Under the pieces are notes generated by a model. The model saw only the letters and a list, made by a program, of their open reading frames with translations, ran no database searches and was not told the origin of the DNA. From Pristiophorus japonicus (taxonomy: Eukaryota), in NCBI RefSeq assembly GCF_044704955.1, contig NC_091997.1, forward strand, positions 3,348,001 to 3,412,000: a stretch of DNA of 64,000 bases. Reading direction: 5' to 3'. Within the stretch, counting starts at the first letter, position 1. Each line of letters begins with the position of its first letter. The position numbers and the translations under genes were made by a program. Positions 13,901 to 24,370 of the stretch are shown piece by piece.

Positions 13901-13996
13901 TGAATGATCAGCCATGATCTTATTGAATGGCGGTGCAGGCTCGAAGGGCCGAATGGCTTGGTCCTGCACCTAATTTCTAGATTTCTATGTTTCTAT
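10927..13996 (+). mobile_element. CR1 LINE, complete but disrupted ORF2 (APE endonuclease + RT), ORF1 truncated away
   Basis: LNARSIRNK, ETWL, VYRPP and MGDFN (APE), followed by RT motifs including FADD. Several stops and frameshifts. Tail is (TTTCTATG)n. Confidence 0.97.
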
Positions 13997-14125
13997 TACA
14001 CAGCTACGAATTGATAATATGCAGCAGCCTGTGTTCTCCAGTTGCAATTTGGTAATGTAATACATATTGCTTCCATTGGTAGAATGTTAATGATAAAATG
14101 CTTTGCACAGGATTGTATTACAGAT

Positions 14126-14338
14126 CTTGAAATAAGAAATTGGAGCGGGGTAAGCCACATGGCCCCTCGAGCCTGCTCCGCCATTCAATAAAGATTGTGG
14201 CTGATCTTCCACCTCAACTCCTCTTTTCCGCTGGATCCCCAGCTCCCTCGATTCCATTAGTGTCCAAAAATCTATCGATCTCAGTTTTGAATATGCTCAA
14301 CTACTGAGCATCCACAGCCCTCTGGGGCGGAGAATTTG
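14126..14338 (-). mobile_element. CR1 3' UTR fragment
   Basis: GGCCCCTCGAGCCTGCTCCGCCATTCAATAAGAT...CCACAGCCCTCTGGGG. Confidence 0.8.
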
Positions 14339-14702
14339 TATTACTATTCGGCAACAGAACTGACTTTTTAAATAGGACAAAGACAACGTTTAGCCACTTG
14401 CTGAAACCAATGTACTTACATTCCCCATCACATGCTTCAATGCAATGCCATGCCTGATCTCAGATGTTTTGTTTTACATATATTACTTTAAAGGTCACAA
14501 AATGTAAACTTAAAGGGAGCCCGGTATGTCCTGAAGGCTTAATTTTCCACAGAGCAGAAGCAAAAAAATCATCACAATAACAGTTGGAAAAATATCCTGA
14601 TGTTTACTTAAAAGAAAAATACAGTATATACAATAATTTGTTTTCAATTAATTTAACCTGCGCCGACTCATGTTCATTCAAACGATAATGTTGCTGCATT
14701 TA

Positions 14703-14930
14703 GAAGAAAAAGAAAGACTTGCATTTATATAGCGCCTTTCACGACCTCAGGGCATCCCAAAGCACTTTACAGTCAAGGAAGTACTTTTGAAGTGTAGCCA
14801 CTGTTGTAATGTAGGGAAACGTGGCAGCCAACTTGTGCACAGCAAGGTTCCACAAACACCAGCGAAGTAAATGACGAGAACATTTGTTTCAGATGTTAGT
14901 TGAGGGATAAATATTGGCCAGGGCACTGGC
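14703..14930 (-). mobile_element. DeuSINE 3' half
   Basis: AAAGAAAGACTTGCATTTATATAGCGCCTTTCACGACCTCAGG is the reverse complement of the SINE tail. Confidence 0.85.
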
Positions 14931-16058
14931 CCCTTTCATGACCTGTTTTGGATCAACATACAGAAACAGGAGACATGCTTAACATGAGATCTGGTTAAGA
15001 TGGTTATCTGCTTTAGATAACCAGAAGAACAATCGTTTCTGTTGCCCCACTCAAATCTTCATTTTCAATTGAAATAAAATGGTCAGTGGGCTCAACAGGA
15101 GGCTTAAAAAATTATGTCATTAAATTGCTTTTGCCCCTTCACTGGCTTTCCCCTCTGATCCTGCAGGTTCTGGAGAACAGTTCCATTGGCTCCATAACCC
15201 AGATAGTCATGTGGCTAGCTTTCATGGTGAGTTTAGACAGTGAGGGCTGGATTTTCGACTCATTTGCGTCCCATTTCGCTCCTCGGTGGGGCGCGAAAAT
15301 TATATTTTGGGCCTGAAACGAGGCGCACAAGATTTTGCGCCCGGGCGGAATTTGCCAATGGTTTTGCAGCGGCGCTAAAATTAGCGCCCCGCTGCTATTT
15401 TGACCGTTTGGATGACGTAAATCAGCGTGCATCACTGTGCTAGTGCCTTGGGCGGAACTTTCGAGCATTTCGCCCGATTTAGCGTCCGCCCGGGAACCCG
15501 CCAAGAAAAACCATTACGCAAAAGCCTTACGTCAGCAGCTGATAATTGAACACTTTGCTTGATGAGTGAACGGCACATTTGATCGTTGCCTGGCCACTCT
15601 ATCCCACCACATTTCTTAAACGATAAGGGGATAAGGGGTTGTGGGGAGCGGGCAGGGAAGTGGAGCTGAGTCCATGATCAGATCAGCCATGATCTTATTG
15701 AATGGCGGAGCAGGCTCAAGGGGCCATATGGCCTGCTCCTGCTCCTATTTCTTATGTTCTTATGTTGACTATTCCCCCTCTTATTCTGCAAATGAGACAC
15801 TGCACAGGAATGGTTAAGGTGACTAAAAGCATTTATTAAACATCGTAAAATTTGTCAACTTTGTAAACTTAATTATGAAACTTTAATAAAATTACATAAA
15901 TTATCTGCATCCAGCAGTGTAATCATTCAACAACAACAACATTATCAACAACATAATAATAATGCAACATAAAACATAGGATGTATCCAGCATCAACAAC
16001 ATAATGCAGCAACCCCTGCCCCACTATTTTTTACCACTGGCTTTTGACCCCCTTACCC

Positions 16059-17793
16059 TTATCTCACCCTCCCTTGTTTGCTGCACCTAACCCAAGTGGT
16101 AGCAAGATGGCGTGCAGCAAGGTTGCCAGAGTGCTGCTGTGTTGGGGGGAGAGACAATGGAGATGCTGCCTGAGGACACATTGGACCAGCTCGTGGTGTG
16201 GAAGGCCCGGTTTCTAACTGGTGAGCCTCATCATCGGTGTCGCCAGTCATAGGTGGTTTGGGTTTGGGTGTGACAGTGAGGAACGCCGAGAGTATGGCGG
16301 GAGGGTTTATGGACTGCATCATCTGGCCAAGCTGAAGCAGAGCTTGTGATGCTGTATATTCCGCAGGGCTTCATGCCACGCTCTCCAGGATTCCAGTGTG
16401 ACTGCCTCGTGTGGACACTGATGCCCTCGCAGGTTTCACGGCTCACACCAACAATCTGTGACCCTACTTCTGTAATGGTCGCTGTGAGACTCTTGATGGT
16501 CACAGGAATCCTACCCAAGACATCAAGGAGCTGATGGGTGGGGTGGGTGCTCTCCCTGGACTGTCCCACCATGTCCAGTTCCACGTCTGCCTGTCTGACA
16601 GCAGACCGACTTTGCCGACTCGCCCTCCGGAGAGATGGCATACGGGATTCGGCCCCAGAACTGCGTTGCTGCACGCCACTAGTCCCAGGAATCTCAGAGG
16701 TTTCAAACCCCGAAAAAGTCATATCGTCGTTCTCAGACGAGGCGAGTGCTAGTGGTAAAAGAGGGGTGGAGTCGGCTGATTAGTATCCTCCTCCTCCCCC
16801 TCCTCCAGACGATGGCCTGATGTGGAGTGTTGCCTTGAGGGATGCGGCGCTTGAGTCTGGTCATCTGAAAGATGAACGGTTATCAGCAGGGGAGGGGTTG
16901 GGGTGACATGAGGAAGGTCGCATAGCATAGGCTCATTTGAAGGACCGGCGCTACTCCATTTTATCTAGTCCACAGACACCGCAGGACATTTCCCCAACCC
17001 AGCCCAGGGAGTGTGCAGGACTTGATCTCAGTTTCCGAGCTGGATTCAGCGTCCCCGGTGGCAGTTTCCCGACCTGAGACGCCGATGAGGCCTGGTACTC
17101 ATTCTTCAATGTCGGTGAGGGGCAGGGTCTGAGGCAGACTGTCGCCTGTCCGCATCTGCTCGCATCGATTGTGTGACTTCTTAGCCTGCAAAGATGAAAA
17201 TGGCAATGGTTACAAGAGGGTCCATCTGCTCACAGATAGCCACCAAAGCACTTGTACTATACTGTCTGAATGCAGTACAGTCCTCGGTTTAATGGCCTTG
17301 GAAGTTGCATGTGGTTTATCAGGAGGACATCGAAGTATGGAGACATGTTATGAGATCTCAGAAAGCAATCTTAATAATGTGTAAAGATCATTCATGGCAA
17401 ATAGGTTGCCAAATTAAGCCTACCTATACATCATGCATTTTAGGAGACAACCCACAGAATACGGACAGGCACCAGAAGCATGAGCCCAAATAGTGTGTCA
17501 GATTTATCATTGAAGTAATGAAGGAGTGCATGAATTAAAATTATACTCACACTAACGACCCTTGAAAGATCATTGAACTTCTTTCTGCACTGTATGCCAC
17601 TCCTAACCACTGTGTCCGAGGCAGAGACCTCCTCAGCGATTTCCCTCCAAATGCGCTTGAAAATGGATGGTAGTGGTCTTGATCCACCCCTATGATGTAA
17701 CTCCTGCGATCTCCTTTCCACAGCCCCCACTAGAGCTGCGTTAGCCTCCTGGCTGAAATGCCTGGCACGCTGTCTTGATTCCTCATCCTCCAT
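16059..17793 (-). pseudogene. Harbinger Myb/SANT-like DNA-binding protein gene, 3 exons (17793-17551, 17185-~17026, 16864-16059), disrupted
   Basis: Exon 1 RARHFSQEANAALV...WREIAEEV...RSGIQCRKKFNDL ends at a GTGAGT donor. Exon 2 TTTGCAG|AKKSHNR..RTG has an in-frame TGA. Exon 3 CTTTCAG| contains frameshifts. Confidence 0.8.
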
Positions 17794-18465
17794 GCAGGTA
17801 CAGCAGGTAATGAGGAAGGCAAATGGAATGTTGGCCTTTATTGCAAGGGGAATAGAGTATAAAAGCAGAGAAGTCCTGCTACAACTGTACAGGGTATTGG
17901 TGAGGCCACACCTGGAGTACTACGTACAGTTTTGGTCTCCGTATTTAAGGAAGGATATACTTGCATTGGAGGCTATTCAGAGGAGGTTCACTCGGTTGAT
18001 TCTGGAGATGAGGGGGTTGACTTATAAAGATAGGTTGAGTCGGTTGGGCCTATACTCATTGGAGTTCAAAAGAATGAGAGGTGATCTTATCGAAACTTAA
18101 GATAATGAGGGGGCTTGACAAGGTGGATGCAGAGAGGATATTTCCACTCATAGGGGAAACTAAAACTAGGGGACATAGTCTTAGAATAAGGGGTCGCCCA
18201 TTTAAAACTGAGATGAGGAAGAATTTCTTCTCCCAGAGGGTTGTAAATCTGTGGAACTCTCTGTCCCAGAGAGCTGTGGTGGCTGGGTCATTGAATATAT
18301 TTAAGGCGGAGTTAGACAGATTTTTGAATGATAAGGGAGTAAAGGGTTATGGGGAGCGGGCAGGGAAGTGGAGCTGAGTCCATGATCAGATCAGCCATGA
18401 TCTTAGTGAATGGCGGAGCAGGCTCGAGGGGCCAACTGACCTACTCTTGGTCCTATTTCTTATGT
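17794..18465 (+). mobile_element. 5'-truncated CR1
   Basis: ORF2 C-terminus (VRPHLEY, QRRFTRLI) plus tail. TSD TCCAT at 17789-17793 and 18466-18470. Confidence 0.93.
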
Positions 18466-18909
18466 TCCATCATGATAATCCAAATTTAAAATGGCTGATT
18501 CAGCCCAGGGTGTACTGCCGTGAATTGCGTCCGTAAACGGGTGAAAACGCAAAAAGCTGAAAATCCGGCCCTGAGTGTTGATGGCTCTTTTCACTGTCAA
18601 GACCAACATAGCTGAGCCCAGAGCTGTTCTCCCCTGACAGCTGCAAACAATACACTCGGCAGAGAGGAGACACTGGATTGCCATCGCTAGTGGGAACCCT
18701 GACTGGTTTTTCCCCCACCCTAACCGAGAGTTGCTGAGGAATAGTTGTAGTAACACATCAGCTCATTCAGCCTAGTAAACACCAGGTGTCACAACTTATT
18801 CAAATATTCCTGTGACTAATAAAAATCAACAACTTCAGTCATTATTTCTATTGCGGAATGTAGCTTAGACTGAGAGTTAAACGCATGAAATAGGGTCAGT
18901 CAGCCTTCA

Positions 18910-19735
18910 GCCTTCTTTCAGATGAGACATTAAACCGAGGACCCATCTGCCCTCTCAACTGGATATAAAGGATCTCACAGCACTATTCGAGGAAGAACCG
19001 GGGAATTCTCTCCCATGTCCTGGCCAACATTCATCTCTCAATCAACACCTAAAAACAGATGATCCGGTTATTATCTTCTTTCGTATGGTAGGAGCTAAGC
19101 AAATCAAATGTCAATATCTAAGTTGGATATTCAGGCCAAAGCTTGTTATCATCACATTGCTGTTTGTGGCACCTTGCTGTGTGCAAATTGGCTGTCATGT
19201 TTCCAACCTTACAACAGTGATTGGAGCGTGGGCAGGTACAGCAGGAGCGACGAGGTCGGAGCGAAGAAGTGGCGAGAGATTGTAGAGGGACGTGATCGAG
19301 ACCCAGGAGAGGCACGAGTTCGGGGCCCCGAAGAGGCGAGTGCCCAGGGGCAGCACAGACCAGCCCACACTGCGACATGTGCAGAAGAGCAGGTCTCCAG
19401 TCGTCTTGGATAACCCTTGCCACTGGACCAAGACCTCGCTCTGTCAAACCCGTGTGGTGGCTGGTGTGCAACGGTCACCACATGTTAAAAAAATCCACGC
19501 ACAGGCATCTTCCACCCTTTAGGATGTAGTTCGGGATCCGGAATATTAGGTCCTTCACCTGTGAACTCATCCCTTTTCGGCGTGGAAGCAAGTCATCCTC
19601 GTTTCGAAGGACTGCCTATGATGATGATGATTACAAGTGATTACCATTCAAGAAGTACTTCACTGGCTATAAAGCCTTTTGGGATGTCCTGAGGCCGTGA
19701 AAGTCGCTATATGAATGCAAGTTCTTTCTTTATTT
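18910..19735 (+). mobile_element. DeuSINE (SacSINE1-like) interrupted by an RTE-derived element
   Basis: Deu core TCTTTCAGATGAGACATTAAACCGAGG... and tail CGCTATATGAATGCAAGTTCTTTCTTT. Confidence 0.85.
19223..19630 (+). mobile_element. RTE-derived non-autonomous retroelement, copy 2
   Basis: 3' end GTGGAAGCAAGTCATCCTCGTTTCGAAGGACTGCCTATGATGATG matches the 3' end of the RTE at 24135-24186. TSD-like TTACAACAGTGATT / TTACAAGTGATT. Confidence 0.85.
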
Positions 19736-20411
19736 CTTTGCATGGGCAGGAATCAACTCCAAAATCTTGCCAACGCAGGGAGAGCTGCTCTCTGAGTAAG
19801 GCCACAAGAGGGCGGACTTTCATGCGAGGTAGTGAAAACGAGGCTGCGCTGTCAGCTTTAAAACAGGGGTCAGCAGGATCAGAAAGCCAGCCACAAACAA
19901 AATATAACAGCAACAGTGACCTTTCACTTCCCCCATTTTAATTAGAATGGAGCTTTCCTGTACAATCTCCTGATTATCTTCGCATTTGTATTAAAAAAAA
20001 CACGCTCAATAATATTTACTTTCTCTGATGCCGTAATAATCCTGGAAACATTAGCATCGTCCAGATTGCAGCATAGCTGCGGGGTGCCTTGAGTCCCGTG
20101 ACCCGTGTGTGTCCTTGCCATCCAGAAAACATGCTTGCTTGCCACTCGAGATCCCAGTCAGTTATCCGACTTTCCTTCGAATTGCTCAATCGCTCAGACA
20201 CACGTGAGCCATCTGCTCTCTCTCATTACAACGTAATCTCTTCCTGCTACGTTAACAGTTAATTTAATTAGTGGAGTCTTAGAGAGGGGATCATAATGTA
20301 ATGAGTCATCAGCTTTTCTGGGTGCACGCACATTAACCCTTCCACTGATTCCCACCGCGTTACTAGTTTTTGTAAAAGTTGGGTTTTTTGGGGATGTGAT
20401 ACACTTTTTAA

Positions 20412-20759
20412 GAAATAAAAACAGAAAATGCTGGAAACACTCAGCAAGTTACGCAGCATCTGTGGAGAGAGAACCAGAGTTAACGTTTCAGGTCGATGAC
20501 TTTTCATCAGGGGAAATAGCGCTGCAACTGCTTAAAAGCAGGACAGGGGTACTGAGGAATGATCAGCCATGAACTTATTGAATGGCGGTGCAGGCTCGAA
20601 GGGCCGAATGGCCTACTCCTGCACCTATTTTCTATGTTTCTATCTCGAACATCATCCAGTTCTGATGAAAGGTCATCGACCTGAAACGGTAACTCTGTTT
20701 CTCTCGCCACAGATGCTGTCTGACCTGCTGAGTGTTTCCAGCATTTTCTGTTTTATTTC
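20412..20759. mobile_element. Penelope-like inverted pLTR fragments with hammerhead cores; CR1 tail in the spacer
   Basis: Arms 20412-20510 and 20662-20759 are reverse complements. Each contains CTGATGA-stem-GAAAC. Confidence 0.75.
20658..20694 (+). ncRNA. Minimal type I hammerhead ribozyme motif (likely mutated)
   Basis: AGTT-CTGATGA-A-AGGTC-ATC-GACCT-GAAAC-GGT-AACT. The mirror copy on the minus strand (20476-20510) has GAAACGTTAAC. Confidence 0.6.
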
Positions 20760-20771
20760 ATATTCCCAGCA

Positions 20772-20913
20772 TCTGTGGGAGTTCTTTCATCACAAGGACT
20801 GCAGCGGTTCAAGAAGGCGGCTCACCACCACCTTCTAAAGGGGCAATTAGGGATGGGCAATAAATGCCGGCCTTGCCAACAATGTCCACGTCCAAGGAAT
20901 GAATTTTTTAAAA
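20772..20913 (+). mobile_element. 3' tail of the LINE family seen at 38030-38763
   Basis: GGACTGCAGCGGTTCAAGAAGGCGGCTCACCACCACCTTC...GGGATGGGCAATAAATGC. Confidence 0.8.
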
Positions 20914-21163
20914 TCTGCAGTATTTTGCTTTGGTTATAATGTTTAAGAGATCAATAGTCTTTTTCAGGGGACGAGGGAAATATTTGAGGGCTTACATTTG
21001 AGGGTTTACATTTGACTTGCTTCTTTAAGGGTTATATGTTTTCTCATTTCTTACGACCATATAAGAAATTAAAGCCAATGAACTCCTCCACATCCGTGTC
21101 GCACTGTGACTGGGGTGCTGGCTTGGTCAGTTATGCCTTCAACCTATTTGTATAGGAGGGTGA

Positions 21164-21374
21164 TGTTGTGTATCTGTAAAGCATGCACTCCCATGTTCCG
21201 CCACCAGGGAGCTCATCCCCTGAAGTCCCAAGGGATCCCAGCATCCCTTGGGAGCACTGTATATAAGCCGGCCCTTAAGGCCTGTTCCTCACTCTGGAGT
21301 GTCTTATTAAAGACTGAGGTCACTGTTGCTTTAACCTCCCTGTGTGCAGCCTCATCTGTGTTAGGGACACAATA
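21164..21374 (+). mobile_element. Isolated Gypsy-type LTR
   Basis: TGTTG...CAATA termini, TATATAA box, ATTAAA signal. Shares TTCCTCACTCTGGAGT...TAAAGA...AGGTCAC with the LTR at 60181. Confidence 0.75.
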
Positions 21375-21520
21375 GGTGCCACTAGGCACCTTATTTTATT
21401 TCTGTAACAAATGTAACCGAAGTCTCCCATCCCTGGTGCCAGTCTAGAAAATCTCCTCTGCAATCTCTCTCAGGCCTTGACATCCTTCTTAAGGAATGGT
21501 GCCCAGAATTGGTCACAACA

Positions 21521-21773
21521 GCCCCGATTTTAACTCCAACTGGGCCTGAGTTAAAATTACAGTTGGGCCTCAATGATGTCATCGGGCCGCAACGTGCCTA
21601 TGTAAAGAAGGACCCTCTTGGCTCCGGGCACGTGTCCTGTCTGCCTGCTCACGAGAGCAGGTTACATTTGAAGATGTTGCGATCATGGCGGCTTTTGGAC
21701 AAGTAAGAGCCAGGGTGATTTTAACTGCCCGCCCGCCAGGTTTCTGCTGATTGAGTCGGGTTAAAATCGCCCC
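21521..21773. mobile_element. Short MITE inside an old CR1 fragment
   Basis: Inverted termini CGATTTTAAC ... GTTAAAATCG. Flanks rejoin as GGTGCCCAGAATTG...CAA|TACTGTAGCTGGGGCCTAACCAG (CR1 minus strand). Confidence 0.55.
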
Positions 21774-22599
21774 AATACTGTAGCTGGGGCCTAACCAGCT
21801 GTATTTTATTCTACTAGTTTCATCTACTGGTTTGTGTTTTTACAGAAAGATCCCAAAGGACCACAAATCAAACCAGCGATATGTGAAAGAGCTGCTTTTT
21901 AAAACGAACAACATTTGAAAGTCAAGCAATCAAAATGTAGGAATAAAAAGAAATGCCACAAATCCTTGAAATCTGATAGAAGAATAGAAAATGCTAGAAA
22001 TGCACCGTGGGTAGATCAGCATCTGAACGGAAAAAGATAGGTTCATGCTCTGGGTGTGACCTTTCATCAGACCCCTGTATCTATCGGACAGGAGCATTGG
22101 ATTTCCAACTAGAATCTCAGCCTTGCTTGATATCTATGTTCGAGTTTATCCCAAATTGAACATTTGCCAGTATTGGGTATCCCACCCAGGGGAGGGAGGG
22201 AAGCTGCCTAAAATGTATCTCTTGATGGGGCAACAGAATCGTAATCTTGACCATGGCTTGGGATAAACCTGTCGGCTCTTTCAAAGAGCCAGCACAGGCA
22301 CAGCGGGAGAATGGCCTCCTTCTGTGCTGTACGTTTCTGTGAATCGTCCAGCCCTCGGCATTGTTGTACACATCCGAGTATTATGCTGTTGATACTTCAT
22401 CAGCTAGAGTGCCTTCAAATTCTCATAAGAAGCAAAGTTGCAGCCCCTGTTGGTCATAAAAACCTTCAAAAAACACGATTCTGACCCCAGCAGAAATCTT
22501 CACTCTACGGTTAGGTTTTCCTGGAGCTGGGAAGCAGGATGTTCCGATCAGACCAGAATAAATGCTTGATTTCAAAACCAGGTGAGACACCAAATAGGT

Positions 22600-24370
22600 A
22601 ATTTAATACTCCAGGCATTGTTGTATTTAAGATTTTGATACAAAACATGTCCAGTTTTCAGGAGTTTGGAAATAGATTTGGACTTTAGGAGATAAATTTG
22701 AAAAAAAGAGATTTGCTCAACCAGTACAGATTTGACACAATATTGACTGTCTCTCACTTGAGTTCTGAAAATCTTTGCACAATATTGTGACAGTTGCAAG
22801 AAAATTGCAGGGAACAGCACCGACTCTTGTACATGGCCTTTTTTGAATTTACAAAGGCCTTTGATACTGTCAACCGTGAGGGACTATGGAGCGTCCTCCT
22901 CTGTTTTGGCTGCCCCCAAAAGTTTGTCACATTCCTCCGCCTGCTCCACGATAATATGCAGGCCGTGATCCTGACCAATGGATCCATCACAGACCGGACC
23001 GGGGTCAAGCAGGGCTACGTCATCGCACTAACCCTCTTCTCAATCTTCCTCGCTGCAGTGCCCCACCTCACACTCAATAAGCTCCCCGCTGGAGTGGAAC
23101 TAAACTACAGAACCAGTGCGAACCTTCGACATCTCCAGGCCAGATCCAAGACTGTCTCAACCTCTATCGTCGGGCTACAATACACAGACGACGCTTGCGT
23201 CAGCGCACATTCAGAGACTGAACTTCAAGTCATAGTCAACATCTTCACTGAGGCATATGAAAGCATGGACCTTACACTAAACATCTGTAAGACAAAGATC
23301 CTCCACCAACCTGACCCCGCCACACAGCACTTCCCCCCCGTCATCAAGATCCATGGCGTGGCCCTGGACAACGTGGACCACTTTCCATACCTCGGGAGCC
23401 TATTATCAGCAAGGGCAGACATCGACGACGAGGTTCAAAACCGCCTCCAGTACGCCAGCGCAGCCTTCGGCCATTTGAGAAAAAGAGTGTTTGAAGATCA
23501 GGCTCTCAACTCTGCCACCAAGCTCATGGTCTACAGGGAGTGTAGTGATACCTGCCCTCCTGTATGGCTCAGAGACGTGGACCATATACAATATACACCT
23601 CAAATTGTTGGAGAAATACCACCAATGATGTCTCCGCAAAATCCTGCAAATCCCGTGGGAGGACAGACACACCAACGTTAGTGTCCTCGATCAGGCCAAC
23701 ATCCCCAGCATCGAAGCACTGACCACACTCGACCAGCTCCGTTGGGTGGGCCACATTGTTCGCATGCCTGACACAAGACTCCCAAGGCAAGCGCTCTACT
23801 CAGAACTCCTGCACAGCAAGCGAGCCCAAGGTGGGCAGAGGAAACCTTTCAAGGACATGCTCAAAGCCTCCTTGATAAAATGCAACATCCCCACCGACAC
23901 CTGGAAGTCCCTGGCCAAAGACCGCCCCAAGTGGAGGAGGTGCATCCGGGAGGGCGCTGAGCAGCTCGAGTCTCATCGCCGAGAGCATGCAGAAAACAGG
24001 CACATAGCAGCAGAAACAGCGAATGGCAACCAGTCCCACCCACTTCTTACCCTCAACGACTGTCTGTCCCACTTGCGACAGAGACTGCGGTTCCCATATT
24101 GGACTGTTCAGTCACCTGAGAACTCACTTTTAGAGTGGAAGCAAGTCTTCCTCGATTTCGAGGAGCTACCTATGATGATGGTGATGAATTTAATGCTCCA
24201 GGCTTTGTCGTATTAAAGATTTTGATACGACGTGTCCAGTTTTCAGGAGTCTAATACTGGATTTTAGGAGATAAATTTGAAAAAAAGAGAGATTTGCTGG
24301 ACCATACAGATTTGACACAATATTGGCTGCCTCGCACTTGAGTTCTGAAAATCTTTGCACAATATTGTGA
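22600..24370 (+). repeat. Direct duplication 22600-22790 / 24187-24370 flanking the RTE
   Basis: Both copies run AATTTAAT(A/G)CTCCAGGC...AAATCTTTGCACAATATTGTGA and abut the element exactly. Confidence 0.9.
22791..24186 (+). mobile_element. 5'-truncated RTE (BovB-like) LINE
   Basis: LYMAFFEFTKAFDTVNR, GVKQG, LQYTDD, FPYLGS and GHIVRMPDTRLPRQALYSEL. (ATG)n tail. Confidence 0.93.

Larger units (their letters stand above)
15244..18571. mobile_element. PIF/Harbinger element A (Myb/SANT gene only), with CR1 inserts at ~15615-15765 and 17794-18465
   Basis: TIRs GGGCTGGATTTTC / GAAAATCCGGCCC. Perfect 3-bp TSD TGA at 15241-15243 and 18572-18574. Confidence 0.9.

Noticed and set aside
15167-15226. 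Apparent 60-nt exon (CCTGCAG|...ATG|GTGAGT)
   Set aside because: No recognisable protein and no partner exons. The donor appears to lie in an old repeat split by Harbinger element A.
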